A stretch of DNA of 38,422 bases, from contig JANLHO010000057.1 in the NCBI GenBank assembly GCA_024654485.1, positions 1 through 38,422 on the forward strand, given 5' to 3'. The position numbers and the translations under genes are program-made. Shown here in pieces: positions 1 to 7,065 of the stretch. The first letter of the stretch is position 1. Every line of letters starts with the position of its first letter. The notes beneath the pieces were generated by a model, which worked only from the letters and a program-made list of their open reading frames with translations, did no database searches and had not been told where the DNA came from. This DNA comes from Patescibacteria group bacterium. GTDB lineage: Bacteria; Patescibacteriota; Minisyncoccia; Phycocordibacterales; UBA2100.

Positions 1-33
1 CTCAGGAAAGGAGAAACGATAACAATTCATTAA
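1..33 (+). CDS. rplW: 3' end of 50S ribosomal protein L23 (partial, runs off window)
   Basis: Frame 1 reads LRKGETITIH-stop (TAA 31-33), like L23 C-termini. Position just upstream of rplB fits S10-operon order. Confidence 0.4.
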   Translation, partial: LRKGETITIH

Positions 34-39
34 AATATG

Positions 40-130
40 TCCGAATCTACGAATACATACGAATCTACGAATATCTGCGAATCCACAGGTCGGGTTCTTG
101 GTTTTATTCGTAGCCATTCGCAGATTCGGA
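40..130 (+). repeat. Tandem 18-nt repeats plus inverted copy forming a long hairpin (rplW-rplB spacer)
   Basis: CCGAATCTACGAATACAT (41-58) and ACGAATCTACGAATATCT (59-76), with a degenerate third unit. The inverted copy TATTCGTAGCCATTCGCAGATTCGGA lies at 105-130. Confidence 0.6.
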
Positions 131-147
131 TAATGTAATTCGTTGAT

Positions 148-990
148 ATGAAAAAATACAAGCCGACCTCTCCCACGCAGCGTGCGCACACGTCCGTAAA
201 CTACCGCACCTCACTCTCGGGCCACCAGCCGCACAAAGCGCTGACGCGCGGCAAGAGGAAGACCGGAGGACGCAACAGTGACGGGCGTATCACGGTACGC
301 CATCATGGCGGGGGGCACAAAAAGAGATTCCGCGACGTGGACTTCCGCTTCAACAAGAAAGACGTCCCCGCCCGCGTGTCTTCAATAGAGTACGATCCGT
401 TCCGTTCCGCGTTCATAGGGCTCGCCGTTTACCGCGACGGGGAGAAGCGCTATGTCGTCGTACCCAAAGAGATGAAGGTGGACGACACTTTCGTCGTCTC
501 GGAGTCCGCGCCTGCGAAATCGGGCAACCGCCTTCCGCTTGGGAAGATACCGGTCGGCGCTTTCGTTTACTGCGTTGAAATAAAGCCGGGTGCCGGAGCG
601 GTGCTCGCGCGCTCCGCCGGCAACTACGCCGAGGTCATCGCGCAGGATGCCGGCTATACGCACCTGAAGCTGCCTTCCACGGAGGTACGCAAGGTAATAA
701 GCACGGCGTGGGCATCCATAGGCGCGGTTTCCAACGAAGAGCATCGTCTCGTGAATCTCGGCAAGGCAGGCAGAAGCCGATGGATGGGGAAGCGCCCCAC
801 GGTTCGCGGAACCGCAATGAACCCCGTAGACCACCCGCACGGAGGCGGCGAGGGTCGTCAGGGCCGCGGTCACCGCCGAGCGCGCACGCTCTGGGGCAAA
901 CCTTCCGGCAAAGGCCAGAAGACAAGGCGGCCCAAGAAATACAGCAACGTTTTCGTCATTTCCCGTCGCAAGGTCGGCAAACGCAGATAA
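148..990 (+). CDS. rplB: 50S ribosomal protein L2
   Basis: 280-aa ORF with L2 hallmarks ([20 protein letters not shown]) in operon context. Confidence 0.97.
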   Translation: MKKYKPTSPTQRAHTSVNYRTSLSGHQPHKALTRGKRKTGGRNSDGRITVRHHGGGHKKRFRDVDFRFNKKDVPARVSSIEYDPFRSAFIGLAVYRDGEKRYVVVPKEMKVDDTFVVSESAPAKSGNRLPLGKIPVGAFVYCVEIKPGAGAVLARSAGNYAEVIAQDAGYTHLKLPSTEVRKVISTAWASIGAVSNEEHRLVNLGKAGRSRWMGKRPTVRGTAMNPVDHPHGGGEGRQGRGHRRARTLWGKPSGKGQKTRRPKKYSNVFVISRRKVGKRR

Positions 991-994
991 GAAC

Positions 995-1022
995 AAAAGC
1001 CCGCGAATGCGGGCTTTTGTTT
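995..1022 (+). terminator. Intrinsic terminator-like hairpin after rplB
   Basis: AAAAGCCCGC-GAAT-GCGGGCTTTTGTTT: a GC stem followed by a T-rich tract, 5 nt after the rplB stop. Confidence 0.55.
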
Positions 1023-1049
1023 GACATCGCCCCCCGTTTCCTATACATT
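1021..1049 (+). promoter_or_regulatory. Sigma70-like promoter upstream of rpsS
   Basis: TTGACA (1021-1026), 17-nt spacer, TACATT (1044-1049). The -35 overlaps the terminator T-tract. Confidence 0.5.
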
Positions 1050-1085
1050 GTGCGGACCCGCCGAGGCGGGATTTTGATTGAACAT

Positions 1086-1418
1086 ATGACACGATCCCTC
1101 AAAAAAGGTCCGTATGTGGACGAGAAGTTGATGAAGAAGATCGGCGCCCGTAAGCCGGGCGGCGAGCCTATAAAGACGTGGGCGCGCGCGTCAATGATCG
1201 CGCCGGAATTCGTCGGCTTCACGTTCCTCGTGCACACCGGCAAGAACTTTGACGAGGTATACGTCTCGGAAGACATGGTGGGGCATCGTTTGGGAGAGTT
1301 CGCTCCCACGACCAAATTCGTCAAGCACGGAGGCCGCATGCAGAAGGAGGCTGAAATAGCCGCGAAGGCGGCCGAGGTGTCCGCAGCACAGGCGGCAAAA
1401 GCGACCGCTGCAAAATAG
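1086..1418 (+). CDS. rpsS: 30S ribosomal protein S19 (with Ala/Lys-rich C-terminal tail)
   Basis: Internal ATG 1086 of ORF 708-1418 gives [15 protein letters not shown], a classic S19 N-terminus. Confidence 0.95.
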   Translation: MTRSLKKGPYVDEKLMKKIGARKPGGEPIKTWARASMIAPEFVGFTFLVHTGKNFDEVYVSEDMVGHRLGEFAPTTKFVKHGGRMQKEAEIAAKAAEVSAAQAAKATAAK

Positions 1419-1427
1419 TATTTGTAC

Positions 1428-1829
1428 ATGCATATGAAAGCGCTTTTAAAAAACTATCACCAGTCGCCCCGCAAGGTGCGGCTCGTCGCCGACATGATTC
1501 GGGGCAAGAGTGTATCGGATGCCCGCGCGGCGCTCCTGTATTTGCCCAAGAAGTCCGCTCCCGCGCTCGGCAAACTTCTGGACTCGGCCGTAGCCAACGC
1601 TCGCAGCGGCGGGCACGCGGCCGAGGGACTCTTCGTCAAAACGATAACGGTGGACAAGGGTGCGGTGATGCGTCGCTATCGCCCCTTTGCGCGCGGCCGC
1701 TCCGGCACTCTGCACAAAACGATGAGTATCGTACGATTGGGGCTTGCTCCGATCGAGCGACCAGCGAACAGTAAACAGCGAACAGGAAAGAAAAAAGCCG
1801 TTTCCCGCACTAAGAAAATTGCCGCATAA
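1428..1829 (+). CDS. rplV: 50S ribosomal protein L22
   Basis: SPRKVRLVADMIRGK is an L22 signature. The ORF opens at TTG 1422; ATG 1428 or 1434 are the likely starts. Confidence 0.93.
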   Translation: MHMKALLKNYHQSPRKVRLVADMIRGKSVSDARAALLYLPKKSAPALGKLLDSAVANARSGGHAAEGLFVKTITVDKGAVMRRYRPFARGRSGTLHKTMSIVRLGLAPIERPANSKQRTGKKKAVSRTKKIAA

Positions 1830-1868
1830 TTACTGTTCACTGCTATCTACTCACTGCTCACTATTCTT

Positions 1869-2549
1869 ATGACACACACCGTACATCCATACGCCCACCG
1901 TCTCGGCATAATCCGCGACTGGAAATCGCGCTGGTTCGCGAAAAATCCGGCCGATTACCGCTTCAACGTAATGGTAGATGCCGCCATACGCCGTTTCCTA
2001 AAGAAGCGTCTGCGCGGTATGTACGTTACCTCCGTGGAAATAGAGCGCAGCCAGAATGCCATCCGCGTCATAGTAAAAACCTCGCGTCCGGGCCTCGTCA
2101 TAGGTCGCGGCGGCGAAGGCTCCACCAAGCTCACCAAGGAGATAGAGAAGATAGTAAGAAGCGTGCCATCCGGCGGGAAGAGCGAGAAGATGGCGATACG
2201 GCTAGATATAGAGGAGGTCCGCTCGCCCGAGAGCCAGTCGCCCGTCGTCGCGTACATGATCGCCGAAGGTCTGGAAAAAAGGCAGCCCTTCCGACGCGTG
2301 CTCAAGCAGACGGTGGAAAAGGTCATGGCCAACCGCGATGTGGAAGGCGTGCGCATTGCGATAGCGGGTCGTCTTGGCGGTGCCGAGATGAGTCGGCAGG
2401 AAGAGATAAAGAGAGGCCGCGTACCCCTGCAGACCCTTCGTGCCGATATAGATTTCGCGCGCGAACAGGCGTATCTCCCGTATGGAATTATCGGCATCAA
2501 GGTATGGATATATCGTGGAGATATATTCTCTGACGACAAAAAAAATTAA
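1869..2549 (+). CDS. rpsC: 30S ribosomal protein S3
   Basis: 226 aa with a KH-type GLVIGRGGEG motif, in the conserved position after rplV. Confidence 0.96.
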   Translation: MTHTVHPYAHRLGIIRDWKSRWFAKNPADYRFNVMVDAAIRRFLKKRLRGMYVTSVEIERSQNAIRVIVKTSRPGLVIGRGGEGSTKLTKEIEKIVRSVPSGGKSEKMAIRLDIEEVRSPESQSPVVAYMIAEGLEKRQPFRRVLKQTVEKVMANRDVEGVRIAIAGRLGGAEMSRQEEIKRGRVPLQTLRADIDFAREQAYLPYGIIGIKVWIYRGDIFSDDKKN

Positions 2550-2550
2550 T

Positions 2551-2676
2551 ATGAAGCGAACAGCGAACAGCGAACCCCGAATACAGCTTCGCCGACGGGG
2601 CAGGCAGCGAACAGAAACTCAAACGCGAGGACGTTCCTGCTGTTCACGGTTATCTGTTTACTGTTAACTCTCTTCT
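2551..2676 (+). repeat. GCGAACA heptamer repeats with inverted copies (rpsC-rplP spacer hairpin)
   Basis: GCGAACAGCGAACAGCGAACC (2556-2576), AGCGAACAG (2606-2614), and inverted CTGCTGTTCAC...GGTTATCTGTTTACTGTTAAC (2637-2668). Confidence 0.6.
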
Positions 2677-3099
2677 ATGTTGGCACCAAAAAAAGCAAAA
2701 TATCGCAAGTGGCAGACCGGACGCAGGAATCCGGCGCGTCTCCTGCGCCCCGAAACGCGCGGCATCACCGTGAACTTCGGTTCGTATGGTGTGAAGGCGA
2801 TGAGTCCCGCGCGCATCACATCCAACCAGCTTGAGGCCGCGCGTCGCGCGCTCTCTCGCGCCGGCGGCAAAAGCTCCAAGATATGGATACGGGTGTTTCC
2901 CGACCGACCGTTCACGAGAAAAGCCGCGGAGGTCGGCATGGGAAGCGGTAAGGGAGACGTAGCGGGTTATGTGGTGGAGGTGCGCCCCGGCCGCGTTATT
3001 TTTGAGATAGACGGCGCACCGGAAGAGGTGGCGCGTGAGGCACTACGCAAAGCGGGGACGAAGTTGCCCTGCAAGGTGCAGGTCATAGCACGCAACTAA
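2677..3099 (+). CDS. rplP: 50S ribosomal protein L16
   Basis: 140 aa starting MLAPKKAKYRK; L16 family and operon order. Confidence 0.96.
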   Translation: MLAPKKAKYRKWQTGRRNPARLLRPETRGITVNFGSYGVKAMSPARITSNQLEAARRALSRAGGKSSKIWIRVFPDRPFTRKAAEVGMGSGKGDVAGYVVEVRPGRVIFEIDGAPEEVAREALRKAGTKLPCKVQVIARN

Positions 3100-3100
3100 T

Positions 3101-3310
3101 ATGGCATCGGAATTTTCAAAAAAGGGGATAGGGGAATTGCGCAAACTTATTGCCGACAAGCGAGAGAGCCTGCGCAGCTTTCGTTTCGGGGGAGCTGGCT
3201 CACGCACACGCAACACCCGTGAAGGAAGGATGCTTCGCAAAGACATCGCGAGGATCCTCACGGAGATAAAAGCTAGGGAGATTGATTCTAAGCGTAAAAT
3301 CGCGTCTTAG
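3101..3310 (+). CDS. rpmC: 50S ribosomal protein L29
   Basis: 69-aa basic helical ORF starting 1 nt after the rplP stop, in the conserved position between rplP and rpsQ. Confidence 0.9.
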   Translation: MASEFSKKGIGELRKLIADKRESLRSFRFGGAGSRTRNTREGRMLRKDIARILTEIKAREIDSKRKIAS

Positions 3311-3465
3311 TGAAATAAGGAGCGAAGCGACTATATTTCACTTGACCCGCCTAAATTTTGAAAACCATCAAAAGCGTGATATAAAGCCGCATCCGCTATC
3401 AGTACAAATTCATTATGAAAGGCTGCGTGGCAAATTTGGGCGGGTGTAAGAGTTTCTAACTCACT
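3311..3465 (+). repeat. Structured intergenic element, family A copy 1
   Basis: 5' hairpin AGTGAAAT/ATTTCACT with loop GAGCGAAGCGA. Outer stem 3345-3358/3432-3445 (ACCCGCCTAAATTT/AAATTTGGGCGGGT). Tail TTCTAAC at 3454-3460. Confidence 0.75.
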
Positions 3466-3741
3466 ATGTTCGTAAGAACTTCTAACACAGGGAAAACATT
3501 TCAGGGCGTTGTCGTTAAGGCGGCGATGAAAGACACTGCGACGGTGATGGTTGAACGCTACGTCAAGCACCCCACATACAGAAAGTATCTCCGCAAAAGC
3601 CAGAAATTCCTCGTACACGATCCGGGCAACACGGCACAGGTAGGCGAGAAGGTCACAATCAAAGAGACCCGCCCTATCTCCAGGCGCAAGCATTTCATTC
3701 TGGTCTCCGCGCAGGGTTCGCCGGACGCGGGCACAAAATAG
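3466..3741 (+). CDS. rpsQ: 30S ribosomal protein S17
   Basis: 91 aa with [28 protein letters not shown], an S17 OB-fold signature. Confidence 0.93.
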   Translation: MFVRTSNTGKTFQGVVVKAAMKDTATVMVERYVKHPTYRKYLRKSQKFLVHDPGNTAQVGEKVTIKETRPISRRKHFILVSAQGSPDAGTK

Positions 3742-3745
3742 GCAT

Positions 3746-4126
3746 ATGATTCAACCGCAAACCATAGTAAAGGTAGCCGATAATTCCGGAGCGATACTCG
3801 GACGTGTATTCAAGGTGCTCGGCGGTTCCAAGCGTCGGTATGCGCAGGTGGGCGATGAAGTCGTTATATCCATCCAGAGTGCACAGCCGCGCAAGAGCGT
3901 GAAGAAGAAAGAAGTGCATCGCGCTGTCGTCGTACGTCAGGCCAAAGCCCTGCGGCGCAAAGACGGCTCGTATGTGCGCTTTGATGAGAATGCGGTAGTG
4001 CTCATCACCGGGAGCGGCAAAGAGCCAAAGGAGCCTAAAGCAAACCGCGTGTTCGGACCGATACCGCGCGAACTCGTGGAAAAAGGATACCAGCGCATAG
4101 GTTCGCTGGCGGCTGAGATAGTGTAA
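3746..4126 (+). CDS. rplN: 50S ribosomal protein L14
   Basis: 126 aa starting [16 protein letters not shown]. Confidence 0.96.
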   Translation: MIQPQTIVKVADNSGAILGRVFKVLGGSKRRYAQVGDEVVISIQSAQPRKSVKKKEVHRAVVVRQAKALRRKDGSYVRFDENAVVLITGSGKEPKEPKANRVFGPIPRELVEKGYQRIGSLAAEIV

Positions 4127-4157
4127 ATCAGGCAGCAAAGTAGTGAGAGTAATCCAT

Positions 4158-4466
4158 ATGAAATTAAAGAAAGGAGACAAAGTAATAGTCATCGCGGGCA
4201 AAGACAAGGGGGCCGTATCTACGGTCGTGCGTATCATACGCGATAGGGACCTTGTCATCCTTGATGGCGTCAATATCGCGAAGAAGCACCGCAAGCCTTC
4301 CGCCCAGAACCGTACGGGCCAGATAGTAGATAAAACGATGCCCATACACGTGTCCAACGTAATGCTGGCGGACCCGAAGACGGGCAAGCCTACCCGTATC
4401 AGGATAAGTCGCGAGAAGGGGGATAGGCGGAGGGTCGCCGTGAAAAGCGGGCAACAGGTGAATTAA
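4158..4466 (+). CDS. rplX: 50S ribosomal protein L24
   Basis: ATG 4158 gives MKLKKGDKVIVIAGKDKG (KOW motif). The ORF opens at GTG 4143. Confidence 0.93.
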   Translation: MKLKKGDKVIVIAGKDKGAVSTVVRIIRDRDLVILDGVNIAKKHRKPSAQNRTGQIVDKTMPIHVSNVMLADPKTGKPTRIRISREKGDRRRVAVKSGQQVN

Positions 4467-4495
4467 TCCCCGATTTCGTGTATACCTACCAAGAT

Positions 4496-5032
4496 ATGAA
4501 TGCAACAACCACAGCACGGCACAAGACATTTGACGCTCTCAAGAGCGAATTTGGCTACACGAGCGTGATGCAAGCGCCGCGAGTCGGCAAGATAGTTGTA
4601 TCTACGGGCGTCGGTTCGCTTAAGGACAAAAAGAAGCTTGAGCTCATCGTTGACCGCCTTGCGCGCATCACCGGCCAGATACCGGCGCCTCGCGGGGCGA
4701 AGAAATCCATAGCGAATTTCAAGATACGCTCGGGCGACATCGTGGGGTATCAGGTGACCCTGCGGGGAGCAAGAATGCGGGCTTTCCTTGATAAGCTCAT
4801 ACACATAGTGCTGCCGCGCATGAAGGACTTTCGCGGACTGAAGCCCACGGCCATAGACGAAATGGGCAACATCACAATCGGACTCAAGGAGCACACCGTA
4901 TTCCCCGAGACCTCGGACGAGGATGCGAAAGACGTATTCGGCCTCTCCATCACCATCACGACCAGTGCCAAGAACGAAAAGGAGGCCCAGGCCTTCCTGA
5001 GGCATATAGGCCTCCCTCTCCGCGAAGAATAA
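4496..5032 (+). CDS. rplE: 50S ribosomal protein L5
   Basis: L5 family (PRVGKIVVSTGVG). ATG 4496 is preferred over GTG 4478. Confidence 0.93.
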   Translation: MNATTTARHKTFDALKSEFGYTSVMQAPRVGKIVVSTGVGSLKDKKKLELIVDRLARITGQIPAPRGAKKSIANFKIRSGDIVGYQVTLRGARMRAFLDKLIHIVLPRMKDFRGLKPTAIDEMGNITIGLKEHTVFPETSDEDAKDVFGLSITITTSAKNEKEAQAFLRHIGLPLREE

Positions 5033-5186
5033 ATCGTTTCGCAAGCACGCAAGATTGTTCTCCTCAGAACAACTAATAATTGTACATCCCTAAAAATACG
5101 CCATAATATCAGGACATCCCTCAATAGAGAGTTATTCAGACTTATTGATCAGCGGTACAACATTGCCCGGTGAAAAGACCTTAGGT

Positions 5187-5215
5187 TTGACTTTGCCTGA
5201 CCAATCGTCTATAGT
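5187..5215 (+). promoter_or_regulatory. Near-consensus sigma70 promoter inside the rplE-rpsN spacer
   Basis: TTGACT (5187-5192), exactly 17 nt, TATAGT (5210-5215). Confidence 0.6.
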
Positions 5216-5245
5216 GCCCCTGCCTCGTAAGGGGCTTCGTTTTTT
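5216..5245 (+). terminator. Terminator-like hairpin abutting the -10 box
   Basis: GCCCCT (5216-5221) pairs with AGGGGC (5230-5235), followed by TTCGTTTTTT. Confidence 0.45.
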
Positions 5246-5361
5246 AGCAAGTCCCGCCAACGGCGGGATACTGCGAGAAACGGGGCACGGGGAAACTCTC
5301 TAACCCAACATCCGAAAGGTGGGGTGCCGGAGCTTCCAAACTCCTTCCGCGGCTCATATCT

Positions 5362-5547
5362 ATGGCCAAAAAATCAATGATAGTGAAGGCGAATCGCAAG
5401 CCTAAATTTTCCAGTCGCACCGTGCGGCGCTGCTTCAAGTGCGGACGCCCGCGCGGCTTTATGCGCGATTTCAACCTCTGCCGCATCTGCTTCCGGGAAG
5501 AGGCTCTTGAGGGGCACATACCCGGCATCAAAAAAAGCTCATGGTAG
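5362..5547 (+). CDS. rpsN: 30S ribosomal protein S14, short zinc-ribbon (type Z) form
   Basis: 61 aa with [10 protein letters not shown]...CRIC (two CxxC pairs). Confidence 0.93.
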   Translation: MAKKSMIVKANRKPKFSSRTVRRCFKCGRPRGFMRDFNLCRICFREEALEGHIPGIKKSSW

Positions 5548-5566
5548 TTCGACTACTCTCACCACT

Positions 5567-5962
5567 ATGGTAAACGACCCGGTAGGAGATTTCATAGCCC
5601 GCATTATGAACGGTGGCGCAATACGCAAGGCGTCGGTCTCTATCCCTTTCTCCAATTTGAAAATGGCGATAGCGGATAAGCTGAAAGAAACGGGACACGT
5701 AGCCTCCGTGGATAAGAAAGGGAAGAAGGTGCGCAAGACATTGGACATAACGCTCAAGTACGATGAGAGCGGAGCATCTGCTATACGCGGCGCAAGGCGC
5801 GTTTCCAAGCCGGGCCGGCGCGTCTACAAGAGGGCGCAGGAGATTACGCCGGTGCGCGGTGGAAGAGGCGTTCTTTTTCTCTCAACTCCTCAGGGCATCA
5901 AGACCGGTGCCGAAGCACGAAAAGAGCATGTCGGCGGCGAGGCGCTTTTTGAGATTTGGTAA
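5567..5962 (+). CDS. rpsH: 30S ribosomal protein S8
   Basis: ATG 5567 gives MVNDPVGDFIARIMNG, an S8 N-terminus. Confidence 0.95.
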   Translation: MVNDPVGDFIARIMNGGAIRKASVSIPFSNLKMAIADKLKETGHVASVDKKGKKVRKTLDITLKYDESGASAIRGARRVSKPGRRVYKRAQEITPVRGGRGVLFLSTPQGIKTGAEARKEHVGGEALFEIW

Positions 5963-5967
5963 TCAAT

Positions 5968-6513
5968 ATGAGTAGAATAGGCAAACTTCCAATAAATATC
6001 CCGTCGGGCACCGACGTGTCTGTGGCCGGAGGCGAAATAGTCGTCAAAGGCAAAAGCGGTACGCTCAAGCGCTCTCTGCACCCGGCCGTCTCGGTCGTCG
6101 TGGAAAGCGGTGCAGTGAAGGTCGCTCCCGCGCAGAGCTCCCGTCAGGCGCGCGCGCTTTGGGGCACTTACGCGGCGCACGTGAACAACATGATACACGG
6201 TGTCAATACGCCGTTCGTGAAAAAGCTTCAGATAGAGGGGATAGGATACCGCGCCGAGATGTCCGGCAAGCAGCTGAAGCTTATGCTCGGGTTCTCGCAC
6301 CCGGTCGTGATAGAAATACCCGAAGGCATCACGGTCTCCGTAGAGAAGAATATAGTCGCCGTCTCCGGTGCCGACATAGAGCAGGTCGGAGAGTTTGCGG
6401 CAAGCGTCCGCGCTATACGTAAGCCCGAGCCGTACAAGGGCAAGGGCATCCGCTACGAGGGTGAGGCGGTAAGACAGAAGCAGGGCAAGAAAGCCGCAGC
6501 CGCAGCCGCATAA
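5968..6513 (+). CDS. rplF: 50S ribosomal protein L6
   Basis: ATG 5968 gives MSRIGKLPINIPSG, an L6 N-terminus. Confidence 0.95.
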   Translation: MSRIGKLPINIPSGTDVSVAGGEIVVKGKSGTLKRSLHPAVSVVVESGAVKVAPAQSSRQARALWGTYAAHVNNMIHGVNTPFVKKLQIEGIGYRAEMSGKQLKLMLGFSHPVVIEIPEGITVSVEKNIVAVSGADIEQVGEFAASVRAIRKPEPYKGKGIRYEGEAVRQKQGKKAAAAAA

Positions 6514-6534
6514 AATCGTTGAACAGAAAACAAT

Positions 6535-6879
6535 ATGAAATCCATAAAATCCAGCAAACGAGAACGACGGCACGCACGCGTACGTGCGAAGGTGGCGGGC
6601 AGCGCGAAGCGCCCGAGGCTGTCTATCTACAAGTCCAACACGCGCATAATCGCACAAATCATAGACGACGAAAAAGGTACGACGATCGCATCCGTGTCGT
6701 CGCTTGGTGAAAAAGGCAAGAATCCGCGCGAGAGGGCAGAGATGGCGGCGGCAACGCTCGTCAAGAAAGCCGCTGCAGCCGGCGTGAAAGAGGTTGTGTT
6801 TGACCGCGGCGGGTTCCAATATCTCGGTACGATAAAGACGTTCGCCGAAGCAGCCCGCGCCGCAGGATTAAAATTTTAA
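6535..6879 (+). CDS. rplR: 50S ribosomal protein L18
   Basis: 114 aa with RHARVRAKV...PRLSIYKSN...FDRGGFQYLG, L18 signatures. Confidence 0.93.
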   Translation: MKSIKSSKRERRHARVRAKVAGSAKRPRLSIYKSNTRIIAQIIDDEKGTTIASVSSLGEKGKNPRERAEMAAATLVKKAAAAGVKEVVFDRGGFQYLGTIKTFAEAARAAGLKF

Positions 6880-7065
6880 AGAAGATGTTATGAGCAAAGC
6901 GAATTACATATACTTTACCCGCCTAAATTTTGCGTTCAACGTGATGCAGAATCACTCATTGCAGAGCAGTGTTGCTGCTCAAATCCCGAGTATGGCAAAT
7001 AAGATAAATTTGGGCGGGTGGAAGTTATTTCTAAACTCGTATACACTCGCTAAGAAAAACTAACC
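6880..7065 (+). repeat. Structured intergenic element, family A copy 2
   Basis: Loop GAGCAAAGCGA at 6892-6902. Stem 6917-6930/7006-7019 is identical to copy 1. Tail TTTCTAAAC plus the pre-ATG motif CTCGCTAAGAAAAACTAACC (7046-7065). Confidence 0.75.

Noticed and set aside
41-90. Tandem repeats (18-nt units at 41-90; GCGAACA heptamers at 2556-2576) considered as a CRISPR array
   Set aside because: The units are directly adjacent with no spacers, there are only 2-3 copies, and no cas genes are present.
37-138. 33-codon ORF (MSESTNTYESTNICESTGRVLGFIRSHSQIRIM) across the rplW-rplB repeat region
   Set aside because: Its sequence is dictated by the tandem repeats, it is very short and has no support. 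The hairpin or repeat interpretation is simpler.
382-1092. Long antisense or alternative-frame ORFs across r-protein and other genes (e.g. 382-1092 minus, 708-1085 plus, 7050-7676 minus, 5890-6819 minus, 37090-38190 minus)
   Set aside because: They overlap strongly supported genes, have Arg/Ala/Pro-rich low-complexity translations typical of high-GC shadow frames, and carry no recognisable motifs.
3415-3459. Apparent conserved mini-peptide ...ANLGG[C/S]KSF-stop encoded across the 3' stem and TTCTAAC tail of family A (ATG-initiated in copies 1 and 2; 7 of 9 residues identical between copies 1 and 4)
   Set aside because: In copies 3 and 4 the same frame has no ATG or other plausible start after the preceding stop. 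The similarity is therefore explained by nucleotide-level conservation of the stem and tail. It remains conceivable that the small ORFs in copies 1 and 2 help ribosomes reach the next start.
3454-3460. TTCTAAC tails and GTTATGA heads resemble integron attC core sites (RYYYAAC / GTTRRRY), and the elements are imperfect palindromes of attC-like length
   Set aside because: There is no integrase, and the flanking genes are core ribosomal and housekeeping genes in conserved order. The first base of the motif does not fit RYYYAAC, and the two ends are not good mutual complements.
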